DNA of 64,000 bases from NCBI RefSeq assembly GCF_006345805.1, contig NC_043001.1:108004001-108068000 (forward strand), given 5' to 3'. A program made the translations under genes and the position numbers. Below, piece after piece: positions 24,183 to 37,215 of the stretch (within the stretch, counting starts at the first letter, position 1; each line of letters starts with the position of its first letter). Source of the DNA: Octopus sinensis (taxonomy: Eukaryota). The notes beneath the pieces were generated by a model, which was not told where the DNA came from, made no database searches, and was given only the letters and a program-made list of their open reading frames with translations.

Positions 24183-24879
24183 GTTTATGCATTCTCTATT
24201 TTGGTGCCGATATTGATTTCGTTTCCCTTCGTCGTTCCGATTTCGTTTTTCTATCTTCCTCTTAACCGCATTTAACGCATCCGAAGGTAACATTACATAA
24301 CTCATTAATTTCATAGCACGAGTCCCTCTGGCAAGGACAGCTGAAAGCCATCTTATACGATTACAGTATTAGTACTTTAACAGTCATCCCTCACGTTCTC
24401 TCTCTTTCTCTCTCTCTCTCTCTCAGTATATATGTATGCGTGCGTGTGTGTGTCCCACTGTCTCTCTCTGTCTGTGTTCTATGTGTGTGCGTGCGTGTGT
24501 ATGTATCGGTCTGTCTGTCTGTCTAACTGGCTGGCTGGCTGTGCGCACGCGTATGTGTATGTGTATTTTTGTTGTGTAATACTCTGAATTTCTCAAAATC
24601 CATCTAAATGGTCTACTTGTCATACATGAGCAATTACCTTCAAAGTGTATTCTATTTAAATTTACTGATGTCTGATTGTTGGATATAGTGAACCAAATTC
24701 GTTTAAAACTGAATGCTAACATGCGTGCTAACGTTTCTGCCAGGTCGCCGCCTTACGAAAATAAAATATTACGAAAATAATGAAGGAGCTTCAACTTGAC
24801 ATCCGATGTACTGGAGAGGGCGGGGAAATCTTCCTTGAAACCTATACCGTACCTTCTTTAAAGTAGTGGTAATACCAGC

Positions 24880-24911
24880 AGCAGTAGTAGTAGTAGCAGT
24901 AGCAGTAGCAA

Positions 24912-24972
<61 letters not shown>

Positions 24973-24975
24973 TGT
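24880..24975. repeat. (TAG)n/(CAG) trinucleotide microsatellite
   Basis: Direct reading; source of the poly-Tyr ORF 24842-25039. Confidence 0.95.
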
Positions 24976-25429
24976 GGCAGCAATACCACCACCAGCAGTT
25001 TAGGCAATGTCTATCCTGACTGGACATAACTATGACCAATTCAAAAACATTCCGCTTATGGCCATCCCTCCTTTTCCTGGAAATGGGTCGTTCAAAAGCT
25101 ACATTTTCAATATGTCTTTTTCCTTTTTTCTAGGAAGAAAGCTGTAATTTAGGAAAGATTTGGCTATTTTTTCTCACGCGTCGGGCGACCATGAGTAAAG
25201 TATTTCCTGTTAGCCTCTGTTCACCATTCCCTAAATCACGATGGCATAGTTTCAATCAGGATTTCCAGGGAGTCACAAAGCAGCTTCATGATTAACTCTG
25301 ACGGAGTTAATCTTCTTGAGGAGACCATTGCGATTCATGATCACAACGGTCCTTTAGGCGTTGTAATTAATCTGAACATCTTGAAGACCTGCTACGGATG
25401 GTGGGTACGGACTGACTTGAGAGACGCTC

Positions 25430-26170
25430 ATGATCACAAAAGTCCTCTAGGGACAGCAATTAAACTGTTGTGACTCATGCCCAGGACAGCCTTATACATA
25501 TAGAAATTAAACCGTCGTGGTTCATGGTCACAAGTCTTCATAAGCATACCGTTGTGACTCATGATCACAACAGCCTTATACATATAGAAATTAAACCATT
25601 GTGGTTCATGGTGACAAGAGTCTTAATAAGCACAATAGTTAAACCGTTGTGACTCATGATCACAAGAGTCTTAATAAGCACACCGTTGTGACTCATGATC
25701 ACAACAGCCTTATACATATAGAAATTAAACCATTGTGGTTCATGGTGACAAGAGTCTTAATAAGCACAATAGTTAAACCGTTGTGACTCATGATCACAAG
25801 AGTCTTAATAAGCACACCGTTGTGACTCATGATCACAACAGCCTTATACATATAGAAATTAAACCATTGTGGTTCATGGTGACAAGAGTCTTAATAAGCA
25901 CAATAGTTAAACCGTTGTGACTCATGATCACAAGAGTCTTAATAAGCACACCGTTGTGACTCATGATCACAACAGCCTTATACATATAGAAATTAAACCT
26001 TTGTGGTTCATGGTGACAAGAGTCTTAATAAGCACGGTAGTTAAACCGTTGTGACTCATGATCACAAGAGTCTTAATAAGCACACCGTTGTGACTCACGA
26101 TCACAACAGCCCCATCCATATCCGTTAGAGTGTTGTGGTTCATAATCACGAGTGTTATAAGCATACTATG
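25430..26170. repeat. 134-bp higher-order minisatellite (47+48+39-bp subunits, ~5 copies)
   Basis: gttgtgactcatgatcacaacagcc starts at 25551, 25685, 25819, 25953 and 26087 (period 134); degenerate subunits extend to ~25280 and ~26170. Confidence 0.95.
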
Positions 26171-27259
26171 CATGTCTGCTTTTATTTGCGCTAATTAGAT
26201 ACGAAAATATTTATTCACTGACGACAGGAGTCTATCTGCGGTCACTTAGTGTGTTAGATAAGCAAACAAATATTCCTCAAACCACACCCGACTCTCTTTA
26301 TAACTATAGAGACTTATTTGACACAACGAGGTCCGGGGTATGTTATTTACGAAAATTACAAAAATAGATAAAATGGGCTTGACATGAATAAATTTGATCG
26401 TTAATAAATTTAGTCATTAATCCGTTTCAACAGAACCTGTTTGGGGTTAAACAACAATAACGAAAACCAGAAGCTTATTTCAAACTTAATAAATGAATCA
26501 CTGTCGCGGTTAAAGTCTAGCGCGTTGAAACTGACGCAGGTGGGATTAAGAACTGGATAAAACCAGATAAAACCAGATACAACCACACAGCAACACAAAA
26601 TATCTTGTAAGTTTCTCAAATGGATGTGATACGACCTTAAGTAGCCCAGTCGGCTGTGACATTTTCAATTACTTTATCAAACCATTGATTCTGTTCATCG
26701 AGGTTTTAAAACATGTCCTGACTGGCTCACGTCGGTGACATGCAATTCCCTTGTGTAAATTCTTCTTCTACGATATTGTTTCTCAAAAACTCTAACCTTC
26801 TTACTGAACTAAGTAATACTAGAGTTTGTTTTTATAACACTTCAAACGACACTTTAATATTTATACATTTATAGTTTTGTAACCGTTTTATTTTGTTTTC
26901 TTTTATTCCTCATTCACACTGATAATTTATGATAGTGATTTAATTATTTTTAAGCACATTTTTCCGTGTACATATTCTCACTTAGCTAGGGAATCATTGA
27001 AACGCCAGCTACATCGCTCTCAAGCCCCACACGTCTGTCTGACATTAAAAGGTGGAACACATTAGACAATGTTATGACATAGGGAAATTTGATAGGTATA
27101 CCTTTTGCATGAAAACATATAGTTAAATAGAGCTACTTAACTAAGTATTTCCAAAAATGTTTTATCAATTAGAACAACACAGATAATCGAAAGCAACGTT
27201 ACTAGCGTTAATGATAATTCTTATTAAGGAATACAAGACAGATAATCCCAAGATACAAA

Positions 27260-27647
27260 TCTTTATATATAAAGCTGAAGTTGTCTGTGTGCGGCAGGTT
27301 TGGTAGCCTTCAACTAACACTATCTCCTCCGAGACCCTGCGGCGCAAGTTGACCAAAATTGAGAGTATGATAGAAGACTTGCTCTTTCTTCCGTAGAAGA
27401 AATAATTCAAATCGAACCATGTTAATACCAAATATTATTTACATTACAAAGGTGCTTTTTTCTATGAAAATGCCTATTTTTTTACAATTTTTTGACTGTT
27501 GTATCGCCATTTTTCGGTGTATTTCAACAAGAAAAATGTTCACTTAAAGAGAATAACAAGCTACATAATGTAATTTTTTTTACTTTTTAAAAATTCCAAT
27601 TCTAAAGGGTCGAAACAAACCCGAGCAACGCCGGGCGATACTGCTAG
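27260..27647 (+). mobile_element. Non-autonomous Helitron, apparently complete (388 bp)
   Basis: A|TCTTTATATATAAAG 5' end; 3' hairpin cccgagcaacgccggg followed by atactgCTAG|T; inserted between A and T with no TSD. Confidence 0.8.
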
Positions 27648-28161
27648 TTTATAAAAAAATTATTTGAACTTGAAGCGTTGGCATGTAGTAGGGAGTGAAT
27701 CCAAGCTCTGTATGTACTGCAGACATATTCTATTTTATTGGAGTCTATTAGAGAAGTTTATGTATTTAACAAGACCTTCATATGACTGGAAAAGTACACA
27801 GATTTTAAGCTAATATAAAAAAGTATATTTGTTAGGCATTTCTAATTTTATTCCGTAAAAAATTTCGAAGAATGTCTTCTAAATAAAGAACATACAGTTA
27901 AATAGATGTAAAAGTACATTATTTGCTGAGCATCGCACGAAATGTTTTTAATAATTTTCTTTTCATTAAGGATCTAATTTTAATTCGGTAAAACATTTTA
28001 AGCGGAGGAATATTGAATAGACTCACTTCAACTTAATTGTATAATGTAGTCATGTGAACACTGTTCCTGAAAACAGAAGAGATTGCAATAACGTCACTGA
28101 ATTTAATCATATATATATATTATAATTTAATCATATATATATATATATATATTTTATCATA

Positions 28162-28209
<48 letters not shown>

Positions 28210-28248
28210 TATATATATAAGTTAATCATATATATATATAATTTAATC

Positions 28249-28289
<41 letters not shown>

Positions 28290-28293
28290 AATC

Positions 28294-28332
<39 letters not shown>

Positions 28333-28456
28333 AATCATATATATATATATATACATACATACATACATACATAGGTAGGTAGATAGATAGATAGATAGAT
28401 ATACACACAATCACACACCACATATATATATATACATATACATACGTATGGACAGA

Positions 28457-28494
<38 letters not shown>

Positions 28495-28754
28495 CATATA
28501 TATTTCTGTACATAGCATATTTATGTATATATATATATGTATATATATATAAAATGTATGTATACATACACATATATACGCACACATATATGTATGCATA
28601 TTAATATACATACATATACATATATATACTGTATATATGTCTGTGAGTGTGTGTGCGCGCGCGGGTGTGTGCATATTGTACTTGGTGTGAGTTAACACAC
28701 ATAACACGTTTGAATGTGTTCGGAGACGATCATATGTTATTAATACATGCTATG

Positions 28755-28792
<38 letters not shown>

Positions 28793-28842
28793 TATATATA
28801 TATAATACACATATATATAATATATATATACACATATATATA

Positions 28843-28942
<100 letters not shown>

Positions 28943-28973
28943 TACACATATATATATATATATATTATATATA

Positions 28974-29043
<70 letters not shown>

Positions 29044-29212
29044 TATACAGGTGCAGCGTGGCTGTGTGGTAAGAAGCAGGCTTACCAGCCACATACAACT
29101 CGGTTCAGTCCCACTGCTTCGCACTTTTGACAGGTGTCTTCTACTATAGCCTCGGACCAACCAAAGCCTTATGAGTGGAATTGGTAGACGGAAACTGAAA
29201 AGAAGCCCATCG

Positions 29213-29245
<33 letters not shown>

Positions 29246-29809
29246 CTGTGTTTGTCCCTTCCATCATCGCGTGACAACCGATGTTGGTATGTTTACGTCT
29301 CCGTACCCAAGCTGTTCGGTAAAAGAGACCGTTAGAATATATACCAGACTTAGAAAGAATAAGTCCTGGAGTCGATTTTTTGACTAAAAAGCGATGCTCC
29401 AGCATGGCCGCAGTCAAATGACTGAAAACATTTTTTTTCTCTCCTTGTTTCTTTCTCTGTCCCTTCTGTAGAAGAGCGTAGGCTCGAAACGTAAAAGACT
29501 TTTTTCAATTCCTGAGCGTTATACTAATACATCCATTTGTTTTGTACACCACCTGTATTCGTCTTTTGTTTATTTGTTTTTTCGTGAATTCTCCCCCAAA
29601 ATTTCAGCTTTTGTGCCTATAGACGAAAGGATATATAGAGGAAGGTCTTTAAGTTATTGTTCATAACAACCTTAATTGTGAATGTAACATAAAATTTACA
29701 ACAGAAGGTTACGGTGAGCACAGGCCTAACACTGAGCTTTACGGAGATGAGGCACCACAATCATGTAAGAATTTTGGATAAGTTCTTTGCCTTTCAAATA
29801 GGATAGGAA

Positions 29810-30162
29810 GCACTCCGTCGGTTACAACGACGAGGGTTCCGGTTGATCTGAATCAATGGAACAGCCTGCTCGTGAAATTAACGTGTAAGTGGCTGAGCAC
29901 TCCACAGACACGTGTACCCTTAACGTAGTTCTCGGGGATATTCAGTGTGACACAGAGAGTGACAAGGCCGGCCCTTTGAAATACAGGTACAACAGAAACA
30001 GGAAGTAAGAGTGAGAGAAAGTTGTGGTGAAAGAGTACAGCAGGGATCACCACCATCCCCTGCCGGAGCCTCGTGGAGATTTAGGTGTTTTCGCTCAATA
30101 ATCGAAACCGCGATCCTATGACCGCGAGTCCGCTGCCCTAACCACTGGGCCATTGCGCCTCC
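29810..30162 (-). mobile_element. tRNA-derived SINE family A
   Basis: ggaggcgcaatggcccagtggttagggcagcggactcgcggtc head; 3' end gtaaccgacggagtgc. Other copies at 32035-32414 (+), 42161-42534 (+), 48273-48651 (-, (CTAT)n tail), 58433-58616 (-, 5' part) and 62815-63123 (+, different tail). Confidence 0.88.
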
Positions 30163-30603
30163 ACCTTTCAAATAAACATTGATGATGACGAACTATAAGT
30201 GCCTTTATCTCCCCAAGTGCTTTTATCTGCCCAATGACTCTCATTCTGTCACCGCTCCTCAGACAGTATCGCCATATTTTATAGTAAGCACGTACCCTAC
30301 TACGATATTACAATCTGTATTTATTCCCCAGGGAATTTCGTATCAAATGCTTTTATGTATAAATATTCTATTGTATAAATTTATAGATACTTTAATGAAG
30401 TGGTCATGTTGCTCGTTTTGTTTTGCTTTTTTTGTATAAAATTTTGTTTCTTTTTCTTTTTGCTGTGGGTGTTTTATTTTTTAAATATCTGTCAGAACGC
30501 ATTATCATTTTATAACATGAAAATCAGTGTCAAAATTTATTTTCACGTTATGCAAGTTTTCACGAGAGCATTACTCAAGTAACACGGTGGTTTCATGTAT
30601 ATA

Positions 30604-30645
<42 letters not shown>

Positions 30646-31576
30646 CATATGTATGAATGTATGTGTGTACGTAAGTATGAATATATGCATGTATGTACGT
30701 GTGTGTATGTCTCTGTGTCTGTGTGTATGCATGTCTGCATATATTATGTAAATGTGAAGTCAAGGCCGATTTGAGCTGAAACAAAACAACATCAAAGCCA
30801 ACCCCAAAACCCGACAATCAGAAAACAATATTTTTCTTTAGCACCAAAGATATACAATACCTTCTTTCAATTTATTCGCTTTTATCCCTTTATTTATTTG
30901 CGTGTTTAATCATTCGTCTGCTTTACTTTTATGTTCTCATAAAATTTTATTATTTCAAAATATTTTTCTTTCATTTTTTATGACTCGATTGAAGAAAAGG
31001 TTTGACTCCCTGTCGCCCTTTTGCTTCTAGCATGCCATTTATTTATGTTTTGTAGCCGATATACGATATTGCTGCTGCATATTACGTTCTACAATCTAAA
31101 CATAGGTTCGCACAAACGTTGTATATTCGTGTGTTGTGCATGTACATGTATGTGTAAGTTTAGTATATATATATATATATATAATATATATATATATTAT
31201 ATATATATATATAATATAATGTTGTAGTGCTCCTTATCTGTCTATCTCTCCTTTTCTCTTCCCTTCTACCCCCCTCTCTCTCTCTCTTTCCTTCTTTCTT
31301 TTTTCTCCATCAGACATACTATTCTGAGTTTCATGACTATTGTTGATTATGTGACTGAAGAGTGAAATACGGAATACAAGATTTATGACAAAGATAAAAG
31401 AGTGATCGACGAGTAAATATGATATAAAACAGAAATAGAAACCTGCCTGGACTATAAATGAATATTTTTTTTTCCAAAAAAGGTAGAAAGTAGTAGTTTT
31501 TAAAAACATGAAAAACTAAAGTACGATTTAAAATATAAACACAAAATATCTATCACAAACATATATGTAAAAATTT

Positions 31577-31614
<38 letters not shown>

Positions 31615-33179
31615 GCAGGAGTGGCAGTGTGGTAAGTAGCTTGCTTACTAACCACATGGCTCCGAGCACAATGCCACTGCGTGGCACCTTGGGCAAGTGT
31701 CTTCTACTATAGCCTCGGGCCGACCAAAACCTTGTGAGTGGATTTGATCGACAGAAACTGAAAGCCCATGGTATGTGTGTGTGTGTGTGTGTGTATACAT
31801 ATGTATATAATCATGAGTATCAAATCCAGATAAATCGTAGATCCGACCCAAGGTTGGTTCCAAGTGTTGCGTAGGAATAAAGAAGAACAATGTCGACCTC
31901 GGTGGCATTTGAACTCAGAACGTTAAGCTGGAAAAAAAATACTGCTAATCATTTTCCCCGGTGCACTAACGATTCTGCCAGTTCGCCGCCCTAAGGTGAA
32001 ATGACTATCGATCCGTAATACGGAGCTCGTTTGTGGAGGCGCAATGGCCCAATGGGTAGAGCAGCGGACTCGCCGTCGTAGGATCGCAGTTTCGATTCCC
32101 AGACCGGGCGCTGTGAGTGTTTATTGAGCGAAAACACTTAAAAGCTCCACGAGTCTCCAGCAGGGAGTGGTGGCGAACCCTGCCGTATTCTTTCACTACA
32201 ACTTTCTCTCACTCTTTCTTCCTGTTTCTGTTGTACCTGTATTTCAAAAGGGCCAGCTTTGTCACATTCTGTGTCCCGCTGAATCTCCCCGAGAACTACG
32301 TTAAAGGTACACGTGTCTCTGGAGTACTCAACCACTTGGACGTCAATTTCACGAGCAGGCTGTTCTGTTGATCGGATCAGCTGGAACCCTCGTCGTCGTA
32401 ACCGACGGAGAGCCACGACTGAGCTCGTGTGAACCGCTTTAACACGCTTGAATTTATTGGGTTCGACACTCAGACATAACTCGCTAGGACAGCGTGCACT
32501 TTTAGGGAAACTGTGTCAAGGACAAATATTGGAATATACCCCCTGAAAAAAAACAAAATACAACAGAAATTTCTGAAGAGAAGCCACAGTGAGATGGTGG
32601 ATGGGTCGGGAGCTGGGAGGGGTGGCGGCAGCTGGAAGGGGTGGTGGGAGCGGGAGTGGTATTTATACATATCATGCACACACACACACACAAAAAATAC
32701 ACACGCGCGCTCGTAAACTGCCATATTCTGGTATGGGAAAACAAACTAAATATACGAGGTCGAAGTGTGGGGACAGAAAAAGTAGTGAAAGTGTGAGAGA
32801 GAAAGAGAGAAAAAAAGAGAGAGGGGAGAGAGAGAAAGGGCGAGAGAGTGAAAGTTTTGTGTGTGAGTATTTTGGAGGTTGGGTAGAAATGTAAAGAATG
32901 TGTGAAAATGTAAAAAAAGAAAGGAAGGAAGGAAGGAAGAAGTTCGTGCAGAACGCGGTCAGATTAATTGTATGTATAATATTTGTAAATGTTCTTGTCC
33001 TAATTACGGGATCCCGTAGCATTTCACACAATGTTACATATACACCCACAAAAAAACAAACATATATACATATACATGCACATACATACATACATACATA
33101 CATACATACATACATACATACATACATACATACATACATACATACAGGCATGCGTACATACCAACTTCTGTAAATATGT

Positions 33180-36100
33180 ACATATGGCGTCAGTCACATC
33201 GACATAAGCAGACTATTCACCTTTCTGAAATAAATTCTATTCCCAAGAATTTCTGCCACTGATACAAGCATGGTAAAGGAAATTGGTTATCTTTGAATAA
33301 TTACAAAGAAGTACCCTTTCTTTACGGAAGATTCCAGCTGCTATCAAGTGAAAAAAAACTTCAGTAAATCTCAACGTATGAGATTACTACAATGTATGCC
33401 ATGGCTGGACATGAAATTTGGGTCAGCTATCGGAGATTATGGGACTCTCGGGAGAAATTTCTGTAGAATTTTGAACTGAAACAAAATCCTTTAAAATTCT
33501 ACAAAAAGAAGATTCTTCGATGAAAAGAATGAGGAATGGCTGGGATCTAAAGTATCCCAACAAATCGAACTTTAATACCAAATAACTGCACCAGCAAGTA
33601 ACGTTCGTGGAGAGAAAAAAAATTAGTCGTTATCCGCACAGACAGACGTTATCTCATGACAAATAAGAATTGGATTAAACCAGCTACTTCTTTTCCGGAG
33701 AAGATCTTAAAGAATACGAAGCACAACAGAGATGCACATGGCTAGATGAACTACGGAGTCAACAGAGTGCAAACGTCTCACCCCAGACATTTAGTATCAA
33801 CAGTAAAACGCTTTTTGGCAGTTGCTGCAAAAGTGCCGAACTGGGAAATCAACTGGGAGTTGTCTTGATAGTTGGATGTTTGTGCAGAAAGCTCACAATC
33901 TACAGGGAAGCCCTCGCTAACCTGTTTAAAAAAAACAATGACCGTTAAGAGTGACTTGGTGAAGTGGTTGGCAGCTGTTTGTCCAACACCTGTAGCTAAA
34001 TACAAAGTGATGCATTTGACCAAAAGCTACAGGCCCATAACGTGTTTCAATGTACTGTATGAATTATGTGCTGCTTGTTTGAAAGCCTCCATTCAAGATC
34101 ACTATGTAGTAAATGAAGAGCAAACAAGAAGGACCTGTGCTTAAGGAAGTGTAGCAGCACCACCGAAACCTGGTGACTGTATGGCTAGACTATAAGGCGC
34201 TGGCGTCTATTCCTCACTCAAGGGTTATTCAGTAACGATGCCTTGCTAAGGCAGCAGCAGTTATAAGCAATGCTATTAACAGTCTGACAACATGATCTAC
34301 AGAGCTATTGTTACGTACTGAAACTACAGTTATAATCGCTAATAGAAGTGAGTTATTAACGGGAATATGTCAGAGCGACAGCTTATCTCTAATGCATTTT
34401 GTCTTCGTAGTGTACCCCTCGTATGCCCTGTTAAGGAAATACAAATGCTCCATAATAGCAACTGCAGATGAATGAAAGTTTAACTTCACCCATATCCCTT
34501 TCCTTGATGACCTTCAGCTCTGCTCCAATAATATTCATGACACTAAAATGCAGTCAAATCAAGTCACATTCTCACGGGACATGGGACGGAATTTAATCAG
34601 GGCAACTTTTCATATTTAACAGTGAAACGAGGAAAGATTTTTAACATAAATATCAAAGGTCTGTCTGTCTACCCTATTACCGGTGATGAATGTTACACAT
34701 ACTTTGGAATCGACAAAAATATTGCATATATTGGTGTTGTGAGAGAAACTGGAGCAGCAAAAGAACTGTTCAATAGACTTGAAAAGATATAGAAATCAAA
34801 ACTTTCTACATTCAATAAAATTATTGGGTTGTCCGGAAAGTTCGTGCCGATTTTTAAGGAAAGAAAAAGGTCAATAAATACTTGCCATTACATTTTTAAT
34901 CAACCAAATATGAACCATTTTGTTGCACAATGCGTCTCCATCTTTCCTTTAACTTGAAAATACCCTCTTCCCAGAATTGAGGTGGTTTCATGGCAAAAAA
35001 TTCATCAAGGTATCTTTTTACGTCATCCAAGGAATTGAAATTTTTACCATTAAGACTATTCTGCAGAGACCTCAATAAGTGGAAATCCAAAGGAGCAATA
35101 TCTGGTGAATATGGAGGGTGGGGGTAACACATCCCAGCCGAGCTGCAGCAATTTTTGTCTGGTTCCCAAAGCTTCAAGTGCCGAAAATGAACTTTCTTAT
35201 CTTCCATTTTAAAGGGTTACAGAATTAACACAGGTTATATTAACATAAACCTTCTTCCACGAAAAGATAGCTTAAACTGTGCTCTAAATGGAGGTGTAGT
35301 CAAATCCTATTTTAAGGACTCAACCATGTTCTAAAATAAGTCGAAATGTAAGCGACTATAAATCGGCACGAACTTTCAGGACAACCCAATATATCTCACA
35401 ATGTTTTCGCAGCGCCTGTGCTAGTATCAACACGTGGGATATTAAACTGGAGACTTGAAGAAATCTGAAGAAAATTAAGATATTAACAGTTACTGGCAAC
35501 TCGCATATCAACAGCGATGCTAACAGGAATCTATGTTAAAAGGAGGGACGGATGTAGAGAAGCACGATCCAGACGGCCTTTGAGTGTTGCATTGTGTCAC
35601 TTAGACAACAACTACAGAACTGTGTAGAGAGAAATGAGTACATCGCATGTATACTCAACAGTGGAGGTAAGAATATCATGAGATTAGGGGCAAAACTGAG
35701 ACCCTGAATAATTCCAAGTTTATAGCAAGAATGGCTGAACAAACTTAAATAGAAACTTGAAAAAAAATATGCACGAACACTTCCCGTACGATAGAGAATG
35801 CCACCAACATTGACAGGAATAACTTCCGCTAATAGACCTGTGATAAGCACATCATATCTTAAAGAACAGGAAACAGCTACTAAATACTTGATTAACAAAA
35901 GCAATAAGATGTTTCTAAACCGGCACGCTGTGGTCGGAAGTAGAAAGATTGTCTAAAAAGTAACTGCAAGGTTCTACATGACATTGTCGCTAAGACGGTC
36001 CTACAATGCCATACGCAGGAAGGGTTGTTCCGCCTGCCATAGCATTGTAGAGATCAGTTGCCCAGTCGATATGAATAGTTCTTTAAAAAATTAAGGAAAT

Positions 36101-36275
36101 AAAGAACACCTATGAATAAGTGATTATAAACCTGTTATAGATTTTTATTTCTTCCCGTTATCATAAATGTACAGGATTGTGTAACAACACAGATCTTCAT
36201 AGAAACCTAGAAATGCTTGAGTTGTCCAAAAATAAGTTGAAGGTCCTACCTTCTCATGAGACATGACATTGTCCG
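33180..36275 (+). mobile_element. Decayed R4/Dong-type LINE (RT region), interrupted by a mariner
   Basis: SYRPITCFNVLYELCAACL..EQ (RT domains 1-2); LDDLQL (YxDD-like, ~34505); FNKIISHNVFAAPVLVSTRGILNW across the mariner site; downstream HDIVAKTV relic. Confidence 0.75.
34824..35389 (-). mobile_element. Internally deleted mariner (566 bp) with ~30-bp TIRs and TA TSD
   Basis: TA|TTGGGTTGTCCGGAAAGTTCGTGCCGATTT ... AAATCGGCACGAACTTTCAGGACAACCCAA|TA; ORF 34896-35207 fuses the N-terminus MEDKKVHFRH to the C-terminus HPPYSPDIAPLDFHLLRSLQNSL..ERWRRIVQQNGSY (third Asp of D,D34D). Confidence 0.95.
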
Positions 36276-36320
36276 ACATTCTACCCGATCTACCATTTGA
36301 CTGTACTTACCTAAGTTTAG

Positions 36321-36662
36321 TGAAGGCGTATGGCTCAGTGGTTAGAGCGTCTAGCTTACGATCGTAGGTTTGTGAGCTCGAATCCTGGACTGGGCTGCGT
36401 GCTGTGTTCTTGAGCAAGACACTTTATTTCCCGTTGCTCCTGTTCACTTCACTCAGTTGTAGAATGAGTTGCGACGTCACAGGTGCCAAGCTGTATCGCC
36501 CCTATGCCTTCTCCTTGGGTAACACTTGTGGCGTGGAGAGGGGAGGCCGGCATACATGGGCGACTGTTGTTCTTCCATAAACAACCTTACCCGGACTTGT
36601 GCCTGTGAGGTAACTTTCTAGGTGCAATCCCATGGTCAGTCATGACCGAAGGGGAGGGTCTC
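36321..36662 (+). mobile_element. tRNA-derived CORE-like SINE (family B relative with a different tail)
   Basis: TGGCTCAGTGG A-box, CTCGAATCC B-box, ttgagcaagacactttatttc CORE-like segment. Confidence 0.8.
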
Positions 36663-36670
36663 ATATATAC

Positions 36671-36764
<94 letters not shown>

Positions 36765-36769
36765 TCAGT

Positions 36770-37215
36770 AGTTGTCTAAAAAATAACTTCAAGGTCCTAC
36801 TTTTTCATGAGACATGACATTGTCGCTAAGACGGTCCTACGATGCCATACGCAGGAAGGGCTGCCCTGACTGCCATAACCAAAACCAGAAGGTATCCACA
36901 TCAAAACCAGAAGGTATCCACACTTTTAAAATTATAGAACACTGACAGGACATACCCTTAAAACGGCGACCCATGAAAACACCACAAACCAGACACGGTT
37001 GAATGGGAGAAGGAGAAAAAGGCATGTATCGTTGTATGACTCTTCAATAATCGGGGAAAGAAGAACTACTTTGAACAAAATGATGAGGAACCTGCAGCCT
37101 TTGTATCCATGTTATAGATTTTCATTTATTACTGTTACCATAAATGTCCAGGGCTTGTGTAACAACGGATCTGCATAGAAACATAGAAATGCTTGAGTTG
37201 TCCAGAGAAAGTTGA
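36770..37215 (+). mobile_element. Second copy of the RLE LINE 3' region (partly duplicates 35975-36275)
   Basis: Shared strings gacattgtcgctaagacggtcctac.atgccatacgcaggaaggg, gtaacaac..atct.catagaaac.tagaaatgcttgagttgtcca and aaggtcctac..catgagacatgacattgtc. Confidence 0.7.

Noticed and set aside
25430-26170. CRISPR-like look (palindromic ~20-bp repeat with spacers)
   Set aside because: The spacers are themselves repeated with period 134, there are no cas genes, and the context is eukaryotic.
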